From: Paraglomus brasilianum
Lineage: Eukaryota
DNA length: 64,000 nt
Assembly (NCBI GenBank): GCA_910592345.1
Contig: CAJVPI010000034.1
Location: 1-64,000, forward strand
Direction: 5' to 3'
Part shown: positions 1-12,283 of the stretch, piece after piece
How positions within the stretch are numbered: position 1 is the first letter of the stretch
Layout of the letters: the number at the start of each line of letters is the position of its first letter
Program-made: the position numbers and the translations under genes
Notes under the pieces: generated by a model
The model's database searches: none
What the model was told of the DNA's origin: nothing
What the model saw: only the letters and a program-made list of their open reading frames with translations

Positions 1-98
1 ACGAGCTAAGCCTGGTAACATCCCCCGGTCGGCGAACACACCTACACGAAAAGATAAATCGCTCTCCCAAAACCCCCATTTAATTCCCGACCGTAACA
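1..98 (+). mobile_element. 3' end of LTR family A (copy 1, cut by the window edge)
   Basis: Near-identical to 16955-17049 (acgagctaagcctggtaacatcccc...gataaatcgctctccc...taaca); ends in CA. Confidence 0.75.
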
Positions 99-647
99 CA
101 AGGAAGAGCCGGTTTTAAAACATCTGGTAAAAGATTCCAGGAAAAAATCTATAAAATAATTAAATAAGTAAATACTATTAATGAACAAATAACACGTAAT
201 GAAAATTTGCATAAACTTTACAAAATAAAAAAACCTCTTTAATAGCAGATAACTTATATTATTGATGAACTATGTAAAAATTATCATAAAATAAAACTAA
301 CTAACGACATTAGTATATAAACTTTAGTAATAAAAGCTTAAATTTTCTCAAAATAAGTTCGCCATAATTGAAGTATTTTCCGTATTATCGACTTCCATAC
401 TGTTTCACGAATCACAAGCTGTGTAACTTTATAACCTTTAATTTTAAAGAGTAAAAGTGTTTTGATTGAGAGAAAAATATTTGCTTCGGCTAAACAAAGG
501 AGATATTATTATTATGCTTATTTAAGCGAACACGAACAGTAATTGGTTGTTGGTGAGGCAGATGTTCATGCCACGTCTTAATTATTAAACTCCAAAATTT
601 TTGACGCCATCAAAAACAAAATACGCTGCTTCGCCAATTTCCAAACA

Positions 648-1740
648 ATGAGCGACACCATTACACTCATGTGCCTTGTTCGCGGCGAGGTCTGATCACG
701 CATTCACTGTTAGAATCAATAAATCAGAGTTTGTTGCAGACCTCAGGAAATTGATAAAGGCCGAGAAGCAACGACGATTCGACGGACGGAATTGATCCTG
801 ACAACCTTACGCTCTGGAGAGTGTTTATCCCAGTCGAGAACGATGCTATACTTCAAAAACTCGTGCTTGAGAACGCTAATGGTGTCCAGAAACTGTACCC
901 CACAGAGGAAGTAAGTGATGTTTTCTCCGAGACACCGCCCAAAAAACACATTCACATTATCGTCGAACCGCCTGGTAAGTAGCGAAATTGAATTGTGAAA
1001 CTCGAAGCCCAAGCTAAGCTAATTCTTTCTTTTTTTTTAAAAAAAAAAACAAAAACAAAAAAACCTTAACCTTTATTTGTCTTATCTTCGATTCCAGCAC
1101 GGCCAACAATTCCGATGTATGAGTACTCAAAGTCTTATCCGTCCCGTCGTAAATCGATTCCCGAGGGCGGCACTATTGATGATGTTAAACGTCAGAAATT
1201 GGATAAAAGTTGGTTTCATCTAGCTTTATAATATTGGTCTTTTCCTCTTCCCTTCGTTTTTATTTATTCTGATCTGTCTTATTTCAGACTATCAAGAGAC
1301 AGTTCAAGCTGATCTTGAAGCAAGTGGACCGTTGAGAGCTGCAAAACCGGCAAAGTTCGCCAAAGAACAGGGAAAAAAACTGAACAATTCTTAATGGCTG
1401 CCCTTTTGAGCAAACTGGTCCCCTGGTTGTCCTCTTTCATACTGTTTTTGGCAAATTTCTTCAGGATATGAATAATCAAAATCTATCAATAAGAAGTGAA
1501 ATCTACAAGTTGGCTGAGGATTTTCTCTAGAATTCTGCTGACTTCTACACTGATGAAGCTGCTCACCTTGAGGCAATTGTAAATTGAGGAACCTCTTAAA
1601 ATGATATGGGATCACTTTGGTAAATCAACATTTGGCAGGAACAATGCTGCAAGAAATGGTCCCAGAGGATTAGAGACATTTGTTACTGCTGTTGGATTGC
1701 CACACGTGGGAGAGCATTCATGTAATGACCATTGCTGAAG
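648..1740 (+). pseudogene. Crinkler (CRN) effector-like pseudogene
   Basis: MSDTITLMCLVRGE/DHAFTVRINKSEFVADLRKLIKAEKQ/IDPDNLTLWRV...PPKKHIHIIVEPP is the CRN N-terminal ubiquitin-like domain, with two frameshifts. Intron donor gtaagt at 975. Later exons (KRQKLD; AAKPAKFAKEQ..NGCPFEQTGPLVVLFHTVFGKFLQD) contain stops and frameshifts; a Tc1 element follows at 1755. Confidence 0.8.
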
Positions 1741-1754
1741 TCAAGTAATATATA

Positions 1755-2697
1755 CACTCCCTGGACAAAAGTATCTGATGGGAATTTTTTCGATTTTATG
1801 CAAAATCCAGTATAATAATTACACAAACTTTTATATCATTTTGTAGCTTTGCTTTTTGCAAATCTGCATGTGAAGTTTGAAGTGTTTAGCTTTCTTGAAC
1901 GACGAATTATCAAACAAAAGGCAATTGCAATTAAAATTAATTTCGCCAATCTTTGGCGAAGAGCTGGGGAACGTCACAATATTGAAAATATTGTACCCTC
2001 AGGCGGTGGTGGAATAATGGTATGGGGATGTTTTTCAGGAAGGGGTATGGGTCCATTAGTATGAGTGGATGGAAAGATGAATCATCAGGATTATATTAGA
2101 ATTTTAGATAAACATCTTTTGCCTTTAATTCAAAGTGCTTTTAATGGCAAATGTTATGCCTTTCAAGATGACAATGCTCCTGTGCATACAGCAAAAGGTG
2201 TTACCAATTGGATTAGGGAAAAGAAAATTAAAATTTTACCTGATTGGCCATCTCAATCTCCTGACCTTAATCCAATTGAACACCTTTGGAATGAGCTTGA
2301 AAGGCGACTAAATAATCGTAAAAAACGCCCAAAAAATGCCACAGAATTAGAGATTGCTCTGAAAGAGGAATGGTCACTAATTCCTCATCAAACATATTCC
2401 AATTTGATTAAGAGCATGCCAAGACGGCTTGAGGCATGTATTTTGAATAACGGATGGCCAACTCAGTACTAAAATAAACTAAATGTTTAGAGCCAAAAAA
2501 ATCGGCGAAATTGATTTTAATCGCAATTGTCTTTTGTTTGATAATTCGTCGTTCAAGAAAGCTAAACACTTCAAACTTCACATGCAGATTTGCAAAAAGC
2601 AAAGCTACAAAATGATATAAAAAGTTTGTGTAATTATTATACTGGATTTTGCATAAAATCGAAAAAATTCCCATCGGATACTTTTGTCCAGGGAGTG
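1755..2697 (+). mobile_element. Internally deleted Tc1-family DNA transposon with ~190 bp TIRs
   Basis: TA-CACTCCCTGGACAAAAGTAT ... ATACTTTTGTCCAGGGAGTG-TA. TIRs at about 1755-1947 and 2503-2697. Transposase C-terminal half IMVWGCFS...FQDDNAPVH...WPSQSPDLNPIEHLW with an in-frame TGA at 2062; N-terminal HTH absent. Confidence 0.95.
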
Positions 2698-2959
2698 TAT
2701 GATATAATACAGTCAACTGCCTTTAATTCGGACACCAACTTTCCGAGGCCATCGTCCGAATTAACGTAGATGGACGAATTATCGACCGCAAATTTTATTG
2801 TGAATATCAATGTGGATATTTATCGAAAAAGTTTTCTAAAGATAACTGTTTATACTGCAATTTACGATAATATGAAACTTAAACTTGACTAATTAGTCGA
2901 CGAACGACCGATAAATCATCTACACGAATATTAATGTTATATCGTTATCCTGTTGTTCA

Positions 2960-3530
2960 AGAAACGATAAAGACTTTCTTAATGCATCTTCGCCTTCTTT
3001 TAACGAAAATTTTATTTCTTCTGTATCGGTATATCTTCTGTATCGGAGTTATCTTTTGTTTCGAGTTCGTTATTATGATTTAGAACATCTTGAATTATAT
3101 CGTCGTCATTTAACGTTGCGACAGAATTTTCCATATCGTCAACAGCAATAAATTCTACATTTGATATAATGTTAGCATAGGTGTAAATAACAAAATAACC
3201 TCAATTGCATCGTTACTTACTATCAGCAGACAACGGATTTGACAAATTTAATTGATTGATTAAATCCTGAATTAATGTTCGTTGGCTGTTTGCCTCTTCT
3301 ATTTTTTCGCTAGCCTGACTTTGTTCATCATGTATTTGTGTATTGTCATTGTCGATGCAAATAAAGTCAAAAATGTATTCGGGAGACAGTGTAGGAAGGA
3401 TGCTAGTTTTACGCCAACAATTTTGAATTGTTTCCATAGTGACATTATTCCATGCGCTAGAAACATTGTAAATAGTGTCCTTTATATTATATTTGCCGAT
3501 ATTATTCTGAGAATTACTTTCCATAATATC
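2960..3530 (-). mobile_element. pogo/Tigger (CENP-B/Jerky-like) transposase C-terminal relic
   Basis: YNIKDTIYNVSSAWNNVTMETIQNCWRKTSILP is the typical DDE_1 C-terminal motif (AW..V...TI.NCW.K.GI). Confidence 0.75.
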
Positions 3531-3901
3531 ATCAAATAGTAGTGGTTGATGACCATCATCCTGAATTACTCTATCTCAGTACTGAAATCAAATCGCCGTT
3601 CTCCTCTTTAATAGCGGCTGAGCCGTTCTTTGAAAGATTTCAAACTGTGCCAGCAGTTTACTCTTCGGCTCTTCCGCTCCCAGCTCTAGACTACACTCTA
3701 AGTCCTCTCTATTAAACTAATATAAATTTGCTAATTATATAAAATAAACCAATTTAATAGAAAGGGCTAACAAAAGATAAGGTCACATGACTATTAAAAT
3801 TATATAAAAAGATTTACTTTAATACCGGCGAAGTCAAGTGATGATTTGTATATATTACTAATAAATGCAGCCATAACTCAGCCAACCTTTTAATTATTAC
3901 C

Positions 3902-3990
3902 ATGCCACGCAAGAGAATCTCTGCCAAAAATTTTAATACAGACATAGAGACACCTAAACGTATTAGAACTTCATTAACAGCGAAGCACAC
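3902..3990 (+). mobile_element. pogo/CENP-B-like N-terminal fragment
   Basis: MPRKR...KRIRTSLTAK resembles the start of a CENP-B HTH; truncated. Confidence 0.35.
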
Positions 3991-4783
3991 TCTGCCATTC
4001 AGACTAATGTTTTTAGAAAAAAATCGCAATGACAACATCTGTTGCTCTTACGACGATTACTGCGTGATAAAGAAAAAGAAAAGATAAATCATTTGAAACA
4101 AACTCAATTAAATTGGTTTGCAGCAACATCAAATTGAAAATAAAAATAATAATAATAATGAGTTTATCGCACAATTATATGGTTACACGATTTCCTACCC
4201 GTGTAACAGTTTTATATACCGGTCTCTCGTTATAACGGCCAGAAACTGCCAAAACACTCGTGCCGGTATAGACAGAGTTGACTGTACCCCGCAACTGCTT
4301 CTCTTCATTCACGGTTTCGCCGCTTTCCTCCGCTACCGCACTTTCTTCCGTTTTATGATCTGGGGAATTCTGGCATCAATTCTCTGAAGGTTAGGTTTGG
4401 TCTGGATTTTTGCCGCATCTTTTCAGTAAAAGTTTTAAACCGCGTTGTGGTAACAGGTCGGTAGTTGGTCGGAAACCGTATCTAATTGGGAGACCAAAGT
4501 TACTTGTCCCTAATAAAGGAACGCATACGATAGAGTGATAGTAAGTATTATATATATCTATAGCAGCGAGTATTCCACGAGCGATAGATATTACCTTGAG
4601 TTTATGGTACACTTAATGTTGACATTTGTCCTATCCTAAATAATATTGTAGAGACAAGAAGAAGTTATTACTAATTACTTGTAGCAAGTTACCCCCAAAA
4701 TAAAAATCCAACCAGACAGTCAACAAGTTTAGTCTATGCAGACTAAAGAGTTGAAAACATGCATCATGCAATCTTATCAACGG

Positions 4784-5165
4784 CAGTCATTCGATAGAAG
4801 GAAGTCAACCGACAACATATAGCAAAGTACTAAAAATGCCCAACTGCCCGCATTGCATAGATGTACGAACAATACAGAGGCTCTGCAAAGCAGAAAAGTA
4901 AAGAAAATACCAAGCTTACACTGAAAACTGACCGCACGACTACCGAACAAACTGACGTGAAGGGACTAACAACAACAGTCACTCGATAGGAGGAAGTCAA
5001 CTGACAACATAGAGCAAAGTACTAACCCTAATCCAACCGCTCGCATCGCATAGATGTACGTACAATACAGAGGCTTTGCAAGCAGAAAAAGTAGAGAAAA
5101 TACCCGCTCTACATTGCAGACTGACCACACGGCTACAGAACAAGCTGAGGTGAAGGCAATACATT
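4784..5165. repeat. Diverged tandem duplication, two ~192 bp units
   Basis: cagtcattcgatagaaggaagtcaaccgac...catagatgtacgaacaatacagaggc (4784) versus cagtcactcgataggaggaagtcaactgac...catagatgtacgtacaatacagaggc (4976). Confidence 0.85.
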
Positions 5166-5524
5166 ACTCTCCAGAAAGCAGAGCGTTGTATTATGTCATT
5201 GCAGAGATATTCTCATTTAATTAATCTAAACCCACCCTAATATCAATTAGCACACACCCACCTTTGGAGAATAGCAGCAGCAAAGGGCGTTCTTCGTCGT
5301 GGCAAACCGTCGTATGTGCGTAATATGGAGTAGTAGCAGCAAAAGGCTTGCTTGTTTGTTGTAGTATAGGAGGGGAGGTTGTTGTGAAGCGATACATGCG
5401 CTATGGAGAGGAGCGTCAGGGTATATATATGTATAAGTGGACGCGTGTTCGCGTGTTTGCGTGTTAAATGACACTTGATATTGTTGTCGTGCGCGACCTT
5501 ATAAGAATAAATATTGTCGTGATT

Positions 5525-5958
5525 TATGCAGTAAGGAGGGTGAGAGTCAGCCACACGATATATTGTCTAATGTAACACATAATTACATCATATCGCGTGT
5601 GTTATACTGATACTATTGTTCTTATTTACGGTGACAGTTGCGGTAAAATATTTTCACTGATTAACAAGTCCGACAAGTCACGCGTATGATAATATCAATA
5701 ACAGAAGCGCCCGTGCGATATGATATATGCAGTATAGCGAGTAGCACTAACAGCATGGGGACTGTTAACCTATGCAGTAAGGAGTGTGAGAGTCTGCGAC
5801 TGTCAACCAATAGTAAAGCATAAACATATTACCTAGTGTAACATATCATTACATCTGTCACGATTGTTTCCGTAAATAAGAACAATAGTATCATTGTATC
5901 CGGAACACATGCAGTAAAATATTTTTCATTGGCTAACAAGTTCGATAAGCCACACGTA
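5525..5958. repeat. Diverged direct duplication containing an internal micro-inversion
   Basis: tatgcagtaaggag(g/t)gtgagagtc at 5525 and 5771; both copies end ...aacaagt(c/t)cga(c/t)aag(t/c)cac(g/a)cgta; the central ~40 bp is reverse-complemented between copies. Confidence 0.8.
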
Positions 5959-6420
5959 CAGTGGTCGTCATAAATATCCGGAATTTGATCTCACAAACAA
6001 AAATTTTTATTTTCATTATTTTTGTATGCTTAAATTTCGTATATATTTTACCAAATACAGTTACTAACTATGTACAAAATTTCAATAATATATCTTTTTT
6101 CCCTCCTGCTCAATTACCTCCGAAACACGATTTTTCATACTATTCGCCAACCTAAGGAAGAGATTATCATCCAGACCCTCCCATTCCTAGCGAATTATTA
6201 TTTGAAAGTCAATTGTTGAAAGCTTTTTCTTTTTTTCATTAACCGCAAATTTACTTCTTTCTCCACTTTTCCCTTAAGTATTGCCCACAAATTCTCAATT
6301 GAGTTTATATTCGGCGAGTAAGTGAGCCAATCAAGAATGTGAATACTATGGCACTCAAACAGGTTAGTTATTGCCCTTGCCTTGTGGATAGGGGAGTCAT
6401 ACGAGACTGGCGATTTGCTC
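5959..6420 (-). mobile_element. Tc1 transposon relic
   Basis: TA-CAGTGGTCGTCATAAATAT end; minus strand HILDWLTYSPNINSIENLWAILKGKVEK is a degenerate WPxxSPDLNPIENLW. Confidence 0.75.
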
Positions 6421-6779
6421 TGGAAATGGGTGAGTTTCAAGAATTTGTTGATATCTTTTAGCATTGAGTTTTCAGTGAACAAAACAAGCTTTACAGAAAC
6501 TTGCATTTTTCAAAAATAGTTCGATGAGATTTGCAGGACGTTGTACTGATAACCATGTGACATTTACAATCAGAAAATACTCGTCCACCAACAAATTGCT
6601 AAATTTCTATTAGTATCCTGGCGATCTTGTCACGAGATTCGTAAAATTTCCATGCATCCCCGAAATCTCGTGGGCACATCTTCACGATACACTAAAATTA
6701 GAATCCTCATGGCGATCTCATTACGTGATGCCTGTTAGATAGTGATGATCTTATTCTGATGTCACAGAGAGATTTATAA

Positions 6780-7255
6780 AAACTACAGGTTTCTGTAAAG
6801 ATTATCCAAGCTTTCTAACACGTTCTTTATGGAAACAGTCTCTTTCTCATACTCTTCGGCAAGCTCTCCCTGAGAAGGTTTGGGTTTACTAGAGAGTTTA
6901 ACACACACATCCTTTTTTGTGCAAAAGTCAAGCGTGTTCTCAAACGTTTTGTTGGACATTGGGTGTTTTCGCTGGTAGTTCGTTTATTGAGTTTAGTATT
7001 AGACGAATAATATTATAATACTCGAAATTCGTGCAGTTTTTGATTGGATGTCACACAACAATATCGGTATAAAAAATATATTGCTACAATAGTTGGTACA
7101 TCGTATACGTATCGTTATACGTAATAACGAGGTTTTAATATTAAAAATCGGTATAGCCAGGTGAAATTAAATAAGAATGTTTTGGTAATGACAAATGTCA
7201 TCGTTAGATCCAGTTATCGTTATATACAGATATCGTTATATCCAGTCTTGACTAC
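6780..7255 (-). mobile_element. pogo/CENP-B-like transposase N-terminus and element end
   Basis: Minus strand KRLRTRLTFAQK...KPKPSQGELAEEY (frameshifted CENP-B HTH); pogo-type subterminal motifs tatcgttata repeated before ttgact at ~7250. Confidence 0.6.
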
Positions 7256-8399
7256 AAAATATCGATCATATTATTTTCAGAGCATAATAATAAGGAACTA
7301 CCCGTTTTATAACTGAAAAATGAGAACACACCGATCGTAGCGGAAAAGCGCATTGCTTAAATATTTTCTGAATTGCCGCTTTCGTCTATTTTTAACTACG
7401 TGTACTACTGTCACTCTTGCCCATATTAATCTACAATTAATACGACTGCCTGCATACTGTTACACTTGCTTAATATAAGGCCCATGCTTGAAACACAAAG
7501 AGTGTACAATTAGAAAATATGTAGTCACATGAACCAAAATACGACTTTAAAAATTTGGCAGTAATAAAGCTTTGTGAATGATATATGCTATACAATGTCT
7601 AATATCTAAGAATTGACCAGACAGCATTGTGGAATATAAGGTTTTGTGGAACGGTAAAGGATTGTAACATAAAATTCAGTGATAGAAACATTCGAGTTGC
7701 AAAACTCTTGAACTACGTAACTCAACTGTTAAAGTTTATGCAAGAAATTATTTTTCTAATGCCTTTTATGGGATATTTTTATTCAACCTCACCGTGGTTC
7801 ACGCCATATGTCAGTTGAAAAATATAATGCTTATGTTTAATGTTATACTCTAATACATTCTTTTTTTGTCTTTTTTTCCAACTAGTTCCAAAATGATTAT
7901 CAACGTTTTACGTAAGCAAAAAAAATTTTTCCCTTCGATTAAAATAGAAAGTTTCGGTGTAATTCCTTAAACACAATGCCTCAGCCAACACAGTTTGTAA
8001 CACGATTATGATTAGATGAGGATTAGGTGATACAATGCATTTGATCTTAATTGCTTTGAACACGGATCTTCCAGCAGGATAAGTCGCACATCATTAGATT
8101 TTCCAGTATGAATAAACCGTTTCGAAAAACACTTTACATACTCGCTTAATTTCTGCGCATTATAAAACTGTTACAAGCAATGATCGCAAATAATAAATAT
8201 TTAGGAGGCTAGTATTAAAATAATCGCGTTTGCATAGTTTGTTTTTGTCTCTCCCAAGCGCATACAAGAGTCTAATGTTTATTTTTACAAGTGTATCATA
8301 AACAAACTCAATAATGAATCCGTTTTAACACAAGTGCCAAGCATTTTGCCCGTTATAAATAGATCCCAACTAACTTCAAATTGGCAATTAACAAACAAA

Positions 8400-10203
8400 A
8401 TGAGTACACGCCAAAACAGAGTAAATCACTCTCGGACAAACTCAATTTCCTCACAAGTTTCTAATGATAATAACTTTACCACTCAACGCAAAACCGCCCT
8501 CAAGCTATTTGATGACGCCAACATATCTTCGTCGCATATTAGAATCTGCATTGTAGCGAGCGCCGGTTTCTTCACCGACGGATATAATCTGCATGCAATC
8601 AGCTTCGTGTTGTCGATGTTGGTCTATGCTTACGGTGACGATACGATTACCGAGTCTGCGAACTTTATATTGAGATCTTCTACTCGGTTTGGCTCTATAT
8701 TGGGCCACTTACTATTCGGATACATGGCCGACAAGTATGGACGGAAAAAGGTAAGAGTAAATTATGGTTGAAGAGTCGAATTCTATGTAAATCCTAATTC
8801 ATGTTTTGATTTACAGATGTTTGGCATAGAGTTGATAATCGTGGTGATCGGCACGCTGTTTTCTGCTATCGCTGGTCAGGGTCCTGCCGTATCATTTGTG
8901 GGCAGTTTTGCCTTTTGTCGAGTAATTCTCGGTATAGGAATTGGCGGGGATTACCCAATTAGTGCACGTATGTATCATTTCTTTACATTAAAAGCAACAT
9001 TTCAACGCACGATTTGATTTATTCGCCACAGTTATCATCTCTGAACTTGCGCCTAGAAAAATCAGGGGAAGAATGTTGGCAGCAGGGTTTGCCATTTTTG
9101 CCTTGGGGTTGCTTTCGGCTGGTATTGTATCTATTATCGCTCTTGCTGCATTCCACAATTCTATCATCCAAGATTCACGAAATCTTGATTATGTATGGAG
9201 AATTATTATCGGACTTGGCGCCATACCTGCGATAATCGCGCTGTTCTTCAGGTTGTCGATTCCCGAAACACCTCGCTATCTAATCGACGTTGAAGGAGAA
9301 ATCGATTGGACTAACAATATCGAACCGTTGCAGATTGGAAACTATGAATCCCAAAGAAGACCCACCCCTCTGACGCAAAGCACAAGTACACCAAACCATT
9401 TACTCGACATGTACCAATATTTTCGTTCATGGAAAAACGGAAAATATTTGCTCGCGACGTCTATCATCTGGTTTTGTGTCAACATTAACTCGACTGGATA
9501 TCGGGCTGATGTTCTTTTTGATGGTATTATCCTTAATGAGGGCAACCCCTATAATATCATCTTGGAACAGAATGTGAACTATACGATTCGCATTCTTCTT
9601 GGCTATGTTCCCGGTGCTTTACTTACCGTGTACCTAATAGACAAATGAGGCAGAAAACCCATTCTATACACTGGGTTTGCGGCATGTGCGTTTTTATTCG
9701 TCCTTTTGGGATTCCTGATGCGGTTTGTGCACACAGATGAACTGCATCGAAAGGACCGTTTATACTATTCAGTTTCTACCATTACTATCGTAAGCATTCG
9801 TTTTATTATTGACGGTTTATTATTTTTCTCGACGCTAATCGTAAGACAACTTTATTTTTTAAAACATTACTAGTTCTTTTTAACGTTCGGTCCGCAAGCG
9901 GTGGCCTTCGTCGTGCCCGCCGAACTATTTCCAACACGCTATCGTTCAACTGCTTATGGTATAAGCGCAGCGTTTGGAAAAGTTGGTTTTATAATTTCTT
10001 ACCTGACATTTGAATGGAAACAAAACGTACGTTCGGTTGAAAATTTTCTCGTTGCCTCTATAATGTATGCCATCTTTATGGTAATTGGAGCGGCATGTAC
10101 AACTCTTTTACCTGAGACCAATAATGAGCCGTTGGAGAAAATTGCCGACGACGGTGAATTTGTCTCTTCCAATGCTAGACACCATAATTCCGTGAATGTG
10201 TAA
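8400..10203 (+). pseudogene. PHO84: PHO84/PHT1-family MFS phosphate transporter with an in-frame premature TGA (probable pseudogene)
   Basis: Exons 8400-8750, 8817-8967, 9032-9789, 9874-10203 (GT-AG). Motifs AGFFTD, ADKYGRKK, LGIGIGGDYPISALIISE, DYVWRIIIGLGAIPA, PETPRY, VPAELFPTRYRSTAYGISAAFGKVG. TGA at 9646-9648 sits within IDK*GRKPI and the frame continues after it. Confidence 0.85.
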
Positions 10204-12283
10204 AGTAAATAGCAGACTTTACAACACCAACTACCATTGATATAGTAGAATTAGAAAATAGTACAGTTACGGACTTGTTATATATGTTGTAGTTATTGTT
10301 AAATAAACTCATCGTTCATTATTTGAAATATGTAAAATTGGCAGTTGAATTTTCTGTAAGGCTTATGTGGTACTCACTTTTGAAACCAATGCTTACAGGC
10401 AACTTATTACTGTGTATTATATAATGGTCAAATCATATATTGTGGAGGTTATGTTAACCTGCTTTATAAGCTTATTAAACATGGGCTCTTTTTTCCGAGT
10501 CAAAGTTAATCCATGAGCTAACAGTCATCCCATGTATGTAATAAAGGTGGTAAAGTTCATTGACTTTCATCAATTAAATAAAAGCCTGTAATTTTCATGG
10601 GTAACTAAAGCCATTTGGTTTGAACATACAAATGCAAAATTATAATATTTTATTGTCATCTCCTTTTATAATCTTACCTACTTACTATTGCTTGCGTCTT
10701 CTTCCCTAAAAATTATCAGTTTATTAATAATACCGGTAACTGTTAAGAAGAAATCTGCAGAACAATGCGTCAAAGCTCTGCCACAAACTCTTGCGTACAC
10801 GTTAACGAACATGATTATTTTAAGTCAGTTATTAATAGTAGATGTAATCAACTTTATTTTGTAATTAACCACCTCGCCGAGCGTCCATCATTCAATTTGT
10901 ATACTGTACGTGTACTATTATACTGTATATCTGTACGAAACAATAACCCTATTGATCTTTCACAGATCATCATTCCCAACACTTGGGTGAGCGGTTCTAT
11001 CTAAACAAGGGTCCAACCTCTTGCTAAATTAGCAATATAATTTACGACAGCATTTGGATCGAAGAAATTTAGTTCAGATAAATTAACTCGGGCGATTCTT
11101 TGATTTCGTTTTTTGAACGATCAGATTACCTACTTTTGACTTGACCTGCTAAGTGAGGAATGTAAGCTTAATCCGATTCATACAATGACGATGCTTATCA
11201 TATAGTATAAGCAGACACTTGTCGGAACACAATGGAGAAAATGTATTAATGATGGTTGAAAAAAAACATTTTATATTTCAATAGAATGTAGAATATGCAA
11301 GCCATAGTTCTTTGTATGTGCCGGCGAGACATTCTCATCAAGTGAGGGAACGAGAATCATTTTTCGAAAGCTTCAAACCAGCAGACGACGACTAAAGTGT
11401 AATTACTCCTTTGCACTTTACATAGAAATATTCTTGAGACATAATAAATGTAAATCTGTATATTGACGATCAAACCGTATTCGCTGGTTTTGTGAAAAGC
11501 TTGGCACACGAAATATTATATTCAATAAATTCTCGTATGCTCAAATAGTACTAATTTTATATAACTAAGCCTCATTACATTCGACTGACATGGCAAACGG
11601 AATACCTATTACTCTTCTGTTGAGTTTATAAAAAGTAACGCACTTTGTGTAAGCAATTAATTTATGCAGGTTCGTGAAATGTGACAGGTTTATCAAACAA
11701 TCGTAACTTCATAATGGTTCCATACACTTTCAGTGTGCCAGTACCATGTGTTATTTCAACCGATCCATATCCAACTCGCATCACACAAAACTGTAATGTC
11801 GCACTCACAAAGATTAAATATTAAGGTTCTTAATCTATTATTTCAACAATCAAATGAACAATCGACAAAACAAATGACACCCCGCAGATTTTGTTGACCA
11901 ATCAAAAATCTGCACGAGCGGGATGAAGAAACCAGATAAATGTTCTTTGTTGATACTTTGTTTACAAGCAAAAAGTCGAGAAAAGTGATAGAGAATATAC
12001 ATATATGACGGCATTGTTTATTGTGTAACAAGATATTTAAACAATAGTTCGTTTTGGTTTTTTGTCTCGGTGAGTTTTTGTGGAATATGCTATCAGACGT
12101 TCAGGCAAGACACTTTCTATATTTGCTATTAGCCCTTTTTTTTTTTTTTTTTTTTCTTCACAGGCCCATTCCATTGTCAAGCTCCTTTCTCCCTTTTTTT
12201 GTTTGTATTGTAACATATCTAAATGCATCATCCTCTGATGCTTCTAATTACGTACAGTAAGTATACCATTCTATTCTATAATG

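Noticed and set aside
1849..1950. Mirror ORFs sharing LFANLHVKFEVFSFLERRIIKQK on both strands
   Set aside because: Translation of the Tc1 terminal inverted repeats, not genes.
4784..5958. CRISPR-like array
   Set aside because: Two-copy long diverged repeats without constant repeat/unique spacer structure; no cas genes; eukaryotic context.
9646..9648. Genome-wide TGA=Trp reassignment (the recognised intact genes end in TAA or TAG)
   Set aside because: Only one in-frame TGA occurs in a host gene, Trp is otherwise TGG, and TAA bias is expected in AT-rich DNA.
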